Of a stretch of DNA of 64,000 nt, positions 38,401 through 50,400 are shown in pieces. The stretch lies in assembly GCA_964187785.1 (NCBI GenBank), contig OZ076409.1, positions 27,220,001 to 27,284,000 on the forward strand, in the 5' to 3' direction. The first letter of the stretch is position 1; each line of letters opens with the position of its first letter. A program made the translations under genes and the position numbers. The notes under the pieces are model-generated. The model was not told the DNA's origin, did not search any database, and was given only the letters and a program-made list of their open reading frames with translations. The DNA is from Amphiscolops sp. MND2022 (taxonomy: Eukaryota).

Positions 38401-41400
38401 CTTCTGGTTGTGCTGTTGCTTTTTGACTGCCAACATCTATGACAGTCTTTGTTCTGTCCTTTCCAATATCTCGCACAGCGGTTTCAATGAAAGGTTTCAA
38501 TGAGGACTTCAAGTCCCTCGATTGCGTGGCGCATTGTCCTCCTTGCATCGATTGTACTGTAATCACTGGTGCTGAGACGGACGTTTGCTGGTATACAGAT
38601 GGCACGTTAATCGGCGATGCCACGTTTTCAGCTTCTTTGGTCTTGTCCATCCAATCTGAGACTTTCGTCAGATTGTCGTCTGGTGGCTCGACTGGTGAAA
38701 TACTTCGCAAGCTGGTGCCACAACTACTTGAAAATTTCGCCAGTTCTATTTCCTTTTCTGCAATTCTGGCTTTGCGAGCCAACTCTTCTTGCAGGTCAGC
38801 TATCTCCTTTTGTTTCAGTTCCGTCAGGCGAGCTTGCAGTTCTTCTTGCTCTTTCAAAGCTTTTATCTCTAGATCAAGAACTCGTCTTGCACTTGATGTT
38901 TTTGAAATCACAGAGGTTTTGTTGCTTTTGGTTCTTTTACTTCGCGAATGTATGCTCAATTCTTCTATTGGCAATGATCTAGTACCTTTTTCCCGCTCTT
39001 GGGCGTCATCCGCGTTATGACCATTGTCTTCCTTTTGCTCGTCGTCTGGTTGTGGTTCTTTTTGTGGCGAGGTACAATTTTTTCTGGATTTGTCTGCTGT
39101 CGAGTTTACACGAGCGTCTGCCAGTCTTTGTTCAGCATCTTCAAGACTTCGCAAAATGGCTCCCTCGTCTCCTGACTTCAGCAGAGCTTCAATTTTCGTT
39201 TTAATGTCAGACCTTTTCTGCAGCAATTCTTGACACGCTGCAGCATAATCTTCTTCGTTGGCGTCATTGCCATTTGCGATTGAATCCTCCCGCAACTTTT
39301 AGTTGCTAACCATTAGTTTATCAATAGCACGTTTCTTTTCGTCAAGATCCAAGTAGTTTAGTATCTGATTTTCGTCTTGCAATGCTGACATCAGTATTTT
39401 TACCCTTCCAATGCTAGAGCATTGATGCTGCAACTCAACCAATCGGCTCTGCATTGCTTTGTTCGCTGCTGAGAACATTTCGGGTATCTGCGGTTGGTAC
39501 TTGACTTTGATTGCATTTTCGACTGCTTTAATGAGCCGATCTCTCCTGTTTATGGCATCTGTTCGTCTTAACAGCAAATCTGATATCTGCTTGTCGTTAA
39601 CATTGTTAGCTAGGTTCTCATCAATTTCTTTGACAGTCTTACCGTGTTCGACAGCTGCATTCCAATAACTCAACGTTTGGGCTTTGTCAGCAGAGTTCTT
39701 CAGAAAGTTTTCGATTTTGTTGATATCGAACCGTTTTGGTTCTGCCATCTCTTCTCTTGTCGATTGAACTCAGTTCCCAAAGTCACAATAGCCCAAACTC
39801 CCAGAGATACAATAGCCCAATCTCCCAGAGACACAAAAGCCCAATCTCCCAGAGACACAATAGCCCAATCTCCCAGAGACACAATAGCCCAATCTCCCAG
39901 AGACACAATAGCCCAATCTCCCAGAGACACAATAGCCCAATCACCCAGAGACACTGTAGCCCAATCTCCCAGAGACACTGTAGCCCAATCTCCCAGAGAC
40001 ACATTAGCCCAATCTCCCAGAGACACAAAGTCAGAGACTCCAAGAATCAGACACTTGTTCTTTCTGGGCAATTTTCTCTGTTGTACACCAACGAGTCGTC
40101 TTCTTCTAGTCCGGGTCGCCCACCAAAGAGTTGTCCGGGTCGGCGGACCAAATGTAACGGCTGCTTGCCTTTATCCTGCGCTGAGGCTTGACAAACTTTA
40201 CGCCGCCCTGATCCGTTGCTTAGTACTGTGGACCCTTACTAAACAAATCCTGGTTTTCTTGTTTTAAAGGACTGTATCTTTTGGCTGGCGGGTCCGATGT
40301 GACCCGTGGAATCTCCTGCGATTCCTCTTTGCGCTGATTTGGATCCGATGTGATCCGTAACACACTTCCCCAAGATTGAGAAGTTGATTAATTATTCTCG
40401 CGGTCCTGAGACCCAACTTGACTATAGCTATTCAGTGGAGAAAATCTCTATCTAATAATGGTATAAATGTGGTTTACAATTCTACAGTAAATATAAGCAA
40501 ATATCTGTTGAAATATGTTGTATAAATAAATGACATTTAAGTGAATTATTAAAGTTATTTACTATGTAAACAAAGAATGTGGTGGTTTTGGCATGTTGGT
40601 CAGGTGGTCTCAGAAGCATGTTTACACTATGTAAATATCATTAATTGCAACAGAAGCACATTCTAATGTGGTCATAGGGGTAAATAGCATTGTTTACATT
40701 TTCGGTTCAATGACCTTGAATACCACACATGTGAGGTGTAAAGGGGGTTATAATGGGTGAATGACCTTGAAACTTAGCCGGTGTGTTTGTGTTAGGTACT
40801 TGCGTACGTGTGCCAAGTTTCATGGCTCTATGGTTAATAGTCTTGGAGAAAACCCATTTGGGGGGGGTTTTCCAAATTTATGATGATTGGATTTTCTTCA
40901 AATTTTCATCTATGTTTTTAAGTGTTTAAGTCTTGATTCTCAACCAGCATGTTCCAAATCGACTTTCTCTGCTTTCTGATGACTGGCGCCAATAATATGG
41001 TTCTATGATTAGGGAACAGCATTAAAGAATTTCATTCGAGATTCCATCAGTTCCTTTGCTTTTCTTTCTTTCTAAATTACGAACTGTTTTGGTTATTTCT
41101 TCAGTTGTGGTATTGTTTAACACCATGGTTTTGGTTATTCGAGGTATCGTCGATACGTAAACTAGATTCGGGAGTTATGAGGATCAGGCTGGACCTTCAA
41201 CGAAAGGTCTCTTCAATGAAATATTCATTCAACGCTTCGACTCCTGGTATTTTATTCGTCAGCTGATTTACACTATTCTTGCACTTCAACGTTTTATATA
41301 TCCTACTGGCTGATGGATTTTCACCTAATAGCTTATTATTGTAATCTTTTTTCGCTTTTCTGATTTTATTATTTACTTTAGTTCTTTACTTCTTAACTCT

Positions 41401-44400
41401 TGAAACGATTTCGATTTATGATGCTATGTTCTTTGATCCATTTCTCAAACACTTTATCTCTATGAATAATTAGTTTTTCCCCATATTTATAATTCAGATT
41501 TGTTGACGCATTTGCTTGAAGACCTTCATGGGAGCACATTTGTTAACACAAAACACAGTTCAACTTACAATTTGACAAAAAGGGAATTTTTCCTCTGAAA
41601 ATCGTATGACAATCGGATTAGCTGCGCCCAATAACTAACACGATTATGACCCCCTTCCAGATAATCGAAAATAAATTGATTTTTTGGTTTGTCTTTAGGG
41701 ACAAAAAGATATGCTAAATAGCTAATTTTTTAACGCTGAACTCGCTAAAGATATGCATTTTTGCTCTTTTTTGGGGTGTTCTGGGTCAAATTTTTAATTA
41801 GGATTTTCAACAAAAAATTTAAGAAACTGTACAAAAACAAAAGCAACGAACCTAGTTTTGTCCGTACTTGAAGTCAGATAAAACTGAGACTTGTTCAGAT
41901 TTGACGTTAATGGAACAAAATCACAATTTTTCAGAACCTGCAATGCAATGCAACACTTACCTCGTCACGTTCATCTGCATCTGACGCTTTACTTTTTGAC
42001 CTTTTCGACTTTTTTGATCTCTTCTCTCCAGATTTGTGGCTCTTATGTTTGCCACCTTTTTTGGCTTTAGCATCTGATTCATCTGAAGTTTTTGACTTAG
42101 CTTCTATTGGCACCCGAGGAGGAAGCTCGGGAGGCAGGCGGTTAGGTTCCTGCTTCGGTTCCTCCTCCGCTACATCTTCGTTTCCTTCCTGAGGACCTGA
42201 AAGTATTGCGAAGTTTCAGAAATTCAATTCATGACAAAAATACCTAATGTTGACCAATTTTTTGCAGTTTGCATTGCATGTCGAATTGGTCTAGTGGTTA
42301 GGGGTCTTTATTTGAAAGTATAAAGTCGTGAGTAAGAATCTCGGAGTAGAGTGTGCTTTCCATGTCACAATAGTCCAAAAGTCACCAACGACATCCTGGT
42401 TCGACGTTTTTAGTCAGTTCTTTCCGCTAAAACTAATATCGCCAGACCATTACAGCCACTTATTTTTCTTTAGAACAGCCACGAATTCGACGAAACGACT
42501 AGGGCGGCAGATATGGCAGTTGTCATCTAGTTAGAGCGTTGGTTTCCGAATTAGAGTCCAAAATTTTTTGGTATTTCATCTGCAAACCAAAACTGCATGA
42601 GTCCAAAGTGCCATCTTAGGATTTTTTTTCTGCACCCATTTAAAGTCCTTTAATGTTTTCTGTTTTGAAAAAAAGGAAAAACCAGAATGGAAAAAAACTT
42701 GGTTAACGTTTTAAAAAAATCTCGAGTTCTTCGTTATTGCTGTAGAGATGGGTCTGTATGATCTTTCAAAGGTTCCATTTGTGATTTCGTTTCAAAGATT
42801 CAGAAGGGTTTTCATTTTCCTCATGTTTTTTAGTCGGCGCTTCATAAAGTGAAACGCGACTATTATAGTGACTTTTTTTTCAATCCACACGAACTGACCA
42901 AAATAGTTCTTAAAAGTTCTACAAAATATTATTGCACCAAATTGCACCATTTGGCCTAGCGAACTGAACCAAAAAATTTTTTTCTGTTTTCCCGCGTAAC
43001 ATACCATACCGGGCGAGACCAAAGGGACCCCCTTTCAATTTTTTTGCTGTTTTGCGACAGAATGGATGTTGAAAATTCCCGAGGGGTCCCCCCTTTCAAT
43101 TTTTCGGCATTGTGAGACTTTATTCTAAATTATTTTTCTCTCCAAAGGGTCCCCCTTTCAATTTCTTTGATATTTTACAACAGAATGGGTGTTTAAAATT
43201 CCCGAAAGGTCCCTCATTTCTGTTTTTCGGCATTGTGAGACTTTTTTCGAAAGTTTGTTTTTTCGCCAAAGGGTCCCCCTTCAACTGCGACAAAAATGTT
43301 GACAATTTCAGAAGTGTCCCCCCTTTTAGCGCCCCAGGGGCTCGCGTTGGCGGGCCCCGGCGCGCCACTCGGTCCACTTTTTTTGGTTTTTCGATTTTCG
43401 AGTACTGTAAGTTGACGCTTGGAAGTCCTTTTGCTACTTTTGAGCCTTGGATATGGCGCGGACTTGGGCCGGTCCCGGCTTGTTTCACTCTCAAATAGTG
43501 TTGTTGGAATTTTGTGTTGCTTCTCTGAGACGTCTCAATCATTTTAGCAATTCAAAAGTCGCAATTGTGATGAGTCTTGGAGCTAGGAGACAAAGTTTTA
43601 GCTAAAAAATTATCCCATTTTCGACTCTTTTCCAGGAATTTTTGTTCTTCAAAAATTGTTGCTTCAGTGTTGTCCTTTGTTCATACAAAAATCTTTTATT
43701 TTTCGAAGTTAGAGTCTCTTGAGGCTTTCTAGGATCCCCGACAACTTTTTCCATTCAAAGCGTTTTCTGCAAAAAATATTCGAAAACATTGATACAAAAG
43801 AATGTTTTCTGGCTTCAGAATGTACGAAATGTTCATCGAGTAATAGGCTTCAGTTCTGCTACTGCGCGTATTCCAGAAGCATTTAATGTTGTTTGCTATC
43901 TCTTGTGTTCATTTCAGGTAACCGCAAATCCGACATGACGACGACAAACATCGCCTCTGAATGTTTTGTTGTATCCTCTGTTGTATCCTAAAGCTAGGGG
44001 ATCTATGAGTTGTGAAAAAGGGTAAAAGAATTGCACTTCAATTATGCAGGTTCCTTCCATTTAATATAAATCTATAATGTATGTATGAAAGTAATCTAAA
44101 CTGTTTTCTCAGTTTGTTTACTAACAACTCGTAATGTCTGTAATTTCAGACTATGATGGTAAACCGAAGTGCGGTAGAGGTCACTAGACGGATGAACCGT
44201 ATTACATTCTCCTCTGCTCTGTCTCTTTCTCAGATCTCTTTGCATCTAGTCGAAAAGGGTTTTAGATGCTGAAGTAGTTGGTGTTCCTTTTGGTGTTAGT
44301 TCCGGGTCACTAGGGATAAAGTCTGCCGGTTTCTGCACGTTCTCCGGTTGTGGAGTTCCTTGGTGTCGGTTCCACGACGATACTATAAGAAACATAGTTT

Positions 44401-47400
44401 TATTTACATTTATCACAAGAAATTTCCTAAATATGGTATACTGCCGTATCTATTCAGTTTGCTTACAATTCGGTCAGAGCGGCGAATTATATTTTTGTTA
44501 TTCTCACATTACAAGACACAACTTTCAGAGTGCGCGTAAATATACGTGTCTAAAATGCCTAAGTTTTCCTTATAAGCCAATATGCATTGAAGTATTGGTA
44601 TTACTGATACATTTTTCAGTTGTTAATACATTACAAATGTATTCAGTTTCCTTAGATTTGATAATTATCAGATTCCTTATAATTCGTATACAAATGCCTC
44701 AAAATGTTTCCCCCCACGTTATAAGTAATCCTAGTACTCAAAACAAGTAATGTTGATACTTTGTATTATAAATCCTAATACGCTTAAAACTTGTTGAAAA
44801 TAGGCTTCCTTATACAACTTGTGAGTATTCTTAGATTTCCTGATTTGAATTATAGTATCCATTGCAATATTATTCTGGTATTATTACAGCCAATGACATA
44901 TACTGAATCAAATCTCTGTTGATATCTTATTCAATAAAGTGCAAATCCTGAACATTTCTGTATTTGAACCATTTATTTGGGCGAATCGGCTGATATCTCA
45001 TTCAATAAACTGCAAACCTTGAAGAAATCGTATTATAAATGCCAGGGAATTGGAAATCTTAAACAATTTCGAATTTGAACAAGGCCATTGCCATGAACAT
45101 CAATTTTCTCGGCGAGAGTTGGGATCTTCTCAAATCTTGATAAATCAAAGTTACTTCTTATTGGTGTTGATGATTTTAAATTCTATTTAAATTTAAATAT
45201 TTGAATACAATTTAAATTCTAGAGCTATGGTATCAAAGAGGTCCCTGATTCAATTGAACAATCCTAGACAACTGAAAAGACCAAAGAACAAAGACAAAAG
45301 ATTTTTTAACAAGTGAGCAAAGACAACAGATTTCAACAATAATCAAAATACAACAAAAGTTCAATGTTTTTCATCCAACAGTTGTGTCTTTTCGTTCAAT
45401 CAGTTGAACATTTTCCATGCTGCAGGATCGCCATAGTCAAACAGAACCTGGGTGAAAGGGGGAAGGTCTCTGAGTGCAACCAGTGCCACTTTTCTAGGCT
45501 TTTGAGGGAGTTTTCTGCAAACTACTTCCCCCAAGCGGGCTGTGCACTGCTTATTCCTGAGCCTTGAGTGATTGCATAGTCTTCCAAGGCACAAATTTCG
45601 GGGATGGTGAGGACAGTCCTCATTGGATGCATCGACAAGACGCCTAATGTCTGTTGAAACTTCAATTATATAGGACATGTCACGGCCTGTTCTTGCAGCG
45701 TACGAGGCTGCATCCTTTTCGTCAACGAGACAACCATGATAGTCGCAGATGACATCGCCCTTTTTAAACGGCTTCAGTGTCATCACGCCACGACCCATGT
45801 CAGGATATGTGACACAGGTGATCCCGTCCCACGTCTGTGTGTCCTCACGGTGTAAAAAGTCGTATTGCCAACCCTCGTTGTTTGAGACACTGCTCTTGTA
45901 CTCCAAGTTCGAATTGAAGGGTGCACCTCGAGGTTTTTGGGCGCTTTTTCCTTCCCGGTAGTCCAATAGAGTTTTATGTAGCTTGGATTTGATTTTCCCG
46001 TCTTGCCATGACCCAACCTTGCACGTGTTCCACCCTTGTCGGAATGCATGGTCAAAGAAATTGGCATAGTCCGTTTCGGGATTTGCTTTGATGCGAAACT
46101 CATCGGCAAAGGCTTCAACCTGCGTGGAGAAGCGTTCAGTCCTTAGCGTCTGCAATCGTTTAGTGACAAGGTTTGTCAAATCCTCGAAGTTGACAGCTCT
46201 TCCAATTGAATTGTACAACAGATTGGAGACATGCTGCACTGACGGAAAGAGTTCATCCGGCTTGTAAGTTGAAGGTGTTTTCAGCCTGACGATACGTTTG
46301 AGGGCGAAATTCTCATCTCTGCAGTTGTGCCTCAGCTGTAATAAGCAAGAAATGAACAAATTAGACGTAGAGAAAATAGATCAAAATTATATTATGTTTT
46401 GTTATCTTCCAAGTGTCACCAAATTCCTTAAACAAATATTCAAAGACCCTAAATGTTGCGTGAAAGAGTTTTGGTGAAAATGGTAGAATAATAGTTTTCG
46501 AACACAGAGGAACGATGTTCGAAACTGCCACGAAACGTAAACTATTCCATCATTTTGAAATTTAGTCTAAAATTTCTCTAAAAACAATAAACAATCCAAA
46601 CAAATTCCAAAAACAATTTTTTGGCTATTTCATATGTCCCTTTCATATTGCATGAATTCTTAGACTCACTTTGACCATCTCTTTCTTTGACTTATCTCGG
46701 AAGTTGATAATGGTGTTTCCGGTAGAATTGAAGAAGAAAGGCTCTGTCCAAACCAGCTTCTCACTTCCCTGAAATCGTGTTTGCATCTGAGGTACTCCAA
46801 TCTTTGGTTTGAAATTCGGACGTACGTCTGAGTAATAGACTTGCAGGCCCCTTCCCACTATCCAAGAGATTGTGTGCGATCTGTAAAACGAATTTTGTGA
46901 CTAGGAAACTAATATTTAGGGAAGTATTTTGACGCTGCTTATTTTTTTGAACTAACTGTTTTCACTGAAGTATTCCAAGACATTTTTCACGTAAACACTT
47001 TTTCTTTCACAGAAATGTTCCATGCAACTAATTTCGAACAATTTTCCACCCACCTGAAACCACCAGGGGTCCTCGTGTTCGCGCAGGTTAAGGTCACTGT
47101 CCCTCGAGTATCCGCCTTGGCTTGAAGTTCCGGGATTGTCTGCGCAAACAAATTCACTGTGAAGGTTTCTAGTTCAGCTGTTGAACATCTTGGTTCTGCG
47201 AACTCCATCAGGTAAACAATTATCAAATTGTGTAACGTCTTCCTGTCAGTGAAGGAGAGGCGAGATGAAAACTCGAACTGTTCCACTAAATCTCCCATGA
47301 GATCTTCGCATGCATCGGCTGGAAACGCTCGATTCTGGACATAAGCAACATTGATGCTCCTAACGAAACTCTCTGCATTGACTTTTTGTCGTTTCGACGC

Positions 47401-50400
47401 ACGTGCTAACTCGTCGTTTTCTTCCTCATTCTGGCACGAATTTTTTCGTTTCCTCCGAACTTCGGAAAGTACTTGTTGAACCGGATTGCTCTCTGGAGCA
47501 GGTTGGAACCGGAATTGAGTTGAAGTGATGGCGTTCATTGTCAGCTCACTCGGCGTTGCAATAAAGTCACCTATCATTGAATCGGTCAGCTGAGGAAGAG
47601 ATGTACTTGGGTTGAGTGGCGTCGAAGTTGGAAGAATGAACTGGTAATCGAAAGAACCATTTACGGCCTGTGTATTAGCCCGAGGAGTAGCAGGCGGCGT
47701 TGGGAGAATTTCAGTCACCCCTCTCAGCAAGTGAGCAGAAGTGCTGAAAGCGGGAGTCTGAGAGAAGATAGGTTGAGATAAAGATTGTGGAAGCACCAAC
47801 GATGTTAATTGGGGATCTCCATTCGCAGAAGCCTGTTCCTCTGCAGTTTTTGCAAAATTTGAGTCGACGGAGCTCAATTTTTTCAATGCTGGTAATTGAG
47901 TCTCTCCATTCTCAGAAGCCAGTTCTTCCGCGGTTTTAGCAAAATTTGACTCGGTGGTGCTCATGATATTCGTTGATGGTAAGTGAGAATCTACAACTTC
48001 AGGAGCCAGTATTTCTGCGTTTTCAGCGAAATTAGACTCAAGGGTGCTTATCATATTCGTTGATTGAACACAAGGAACGAAGTTCTCAAGTTGCAGAACA
48101 GGAGTTTGTTGGCTCATGTCGGGATGTAGAGTTTTTTATCTCGAAGCAGCAGTTTTGAAATGCAAGTGTTCGACAGTTAACTGGAGATTGGAATGATATT
48201 TACAAGATTATCACTCAAAAAAACTAGTAGGCTCAATTCACACGTAATTGGCTCTAATAGCGCCTGAATTTGAGTCGACTCTTGATTTGCGTTGCAAGAG
48301 TGTTTGATAGAATGCTGAAGATTGGTGTGATAATTACAAGGATTATAACTCTCAATTACTGGTCGGCTCATTTTACACGCAATCGGCTGTAATCACGCCT
48401 GAAATTGAGTCGACTCTTGATTGATTACAACTACGCATACATATTACTTTAGTTGATTACAGAACGTTTTTAAACTGATCTGCTGACTTTTTTAGGCTGA
48501 CTAAAAAAAACATTTATTCGTGGGGATGAAATAATTGAGGAATTTCAATTTTTGAGTTTTGAAAGTGTCAATTTGGGTTCCTTTAACAGGGGGACTAATT
48601 ATGTGTCCATCGATTTTCTCAAATAGTAATCGAGACTAATATGTGCATCGACTCTCTTAAACAGTAGTCGAGACTTATGTGTGCATCGATTTCCTTAAAC
48701 AGTATTGCAGACTAATGAGTGCATCGAATTTCTTAAACAGTATTAAAACTAATGTGTGCATCGGTTTCCTTAAATAGCAATCGAGACTAATATGTGCATC
48801 GACTCTCCTAAACCGTAATCGAGACTAATATGTGCATCGACTTCCTTAAACAGTAATCGAGACTAATGTGGGCATCGACTTTCTTAAACAGTATTAAGAC
48901 TTATGTGTGCATCGACTTTCTTAAACAGTCTTAAGACTTATGTGTGCATCGACTTTCCTAAACAGTCGTAAGACTTATGTGTGCATCGACTTTCGTAAAC
49001 AGTATTAAGACTAATGTGTGCATCGACTTTCCTAAACAGTATTGAAGACTAATATGTGCATCGACTCTCTTAAATAGTAATCGAGACAAATGTGTGCATC
49101 GACTTTCTCAAACAGTATTAAGACTAATGTGTGCATCGACTTTCTTAATCAGTATTGAAGACTAATGTGTGCATCGACTTTCTTAAACAGTCTTAAGACA
49201 AATGTGTGCATCGACTTTCCTAAACAGTCATAAGACTTTTGTGTGCATCGACTTTCTTAAACAGTATTAGGACTAATGTGTGCGCATCGACATTCTTAAT
49301 CAGTATTGGAGACTAATGTGTGCATTGACATTCTTAAACAGTATTAGGACTAATTTGTGCATCGACATTCTTAAACAGTATTAAGACTAATGTGTCCATC
49401 GACTTTCCTAAATAGGAATCGAGACTAATATGTGCATCGACTCTCTTAAACAGTAATCGAGACTAATGTGTGCATTGAATTACTTAAACGGTATTCGATA
49501 GTAATGTGTGCATCGATTTCCTTAAACAGTATTCCAGATGATTGTGTAAAGTGTAGAACAGGCATCAATTTTGTTCAACAGTACTCGACAGAACACAATT
49601 GATCCTACCAAAGTTTGCAATGCGCATTCAACTGTCATTGAAAATACCACAAGTAACGACAGTGCTGAAATTTGATTGGTTGAAATGCTGAGATCTTCTG
49701 ACCGCTAAGAAAAGGCATCGACTATTTTGTAGAAATGGCTTCAATTTACTTGAACTTTTTTCAAAATTGAGCGTGCGTCTGATTTATTTTACATTGACAT
49801 TTCATTGTTTCAAATTCAGCTGCCTTCATTCATTAATTTCAAAAATTTAAACAAGCATCATCTCACTTTACTTCGCACATCAACTTGTTTAACCTGTTGA
49901 TCTGTTACTTCTCGGCTTTAGCTAACTAATCCTGTATTCTGTATCAATGTATTCTGTATGCTGTATCCTGTATCCTAACTAATAATGCCTGTATGCGATG
50001 GTAAGTTAAACAACTCTGCAATTTTGCTATATATGTATAGGGCTTTGTAAAAGATGACCTATCAAGCAATAGTCTACGATGAAAAGATGGTACATCTTTT
50101 TACGATGAATTGAGTTATATATTACAAGGAAATATAGTGCAACGAACTGAGTTATGTCTATTTCACGCCTAGAGATAATCAGAGTCTATTTACCAAATAG
50201 GCGTATAACTAACTAATCTGCCTTTTCAGCACAAATTTGCATGTAATTATTGCTTATCGCAAAAGCTTGGATCCTTCTATTTTTTCTGTTGTAACGAGAA
50301 ACCTTGAATAATATAACAATTTTTCGACAATGTAAATAAACCCTTTTAACAGAATTTCTATTTTTTGGTTCAATCTTATTCAGTCTTGTATCTTTATATC

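Larger units (their letters stand above)
35456..40994 (-). mobile_element. Non-autonomous BEL/Pao LTR retrotransposon (gag plus C-terminal domain, no PR/RT/RH/IN)
   Basis: Near-identical LTRs 35456-36374 and 40153-40994 (the latter lacks ~77 bp). 5-bp TSD ATATG (35451-35455, 40995-40999). PBS TGGTCCGCCGACCCGGA (40150-40134); purine-rich tract next to the 3' LTR. Confidence 0.95.
33865..41450 (-). pseudogene. Decayed CR1-group LINE ORF2 (33865-35455 and 40995-~41450), split by an LTR element
   Basis: IDLEKAIDTLNH and a C-terminus similar to the 2038-4098 protein. The frame DGISNEIL*CCSLIIEPY|VADVFNK rejoins across the LTR insertion. A-rich tail near 33870. Confidence 0.85.

Noticed and set aside
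39784..40023. 24-bp array as CRISPR or a coding repeat (TIAQSPRD ORFs)
   Set aside because: Spacerless minisatellite in an LTR-element leader; it is open in several frames simply because the unit lacks stops.
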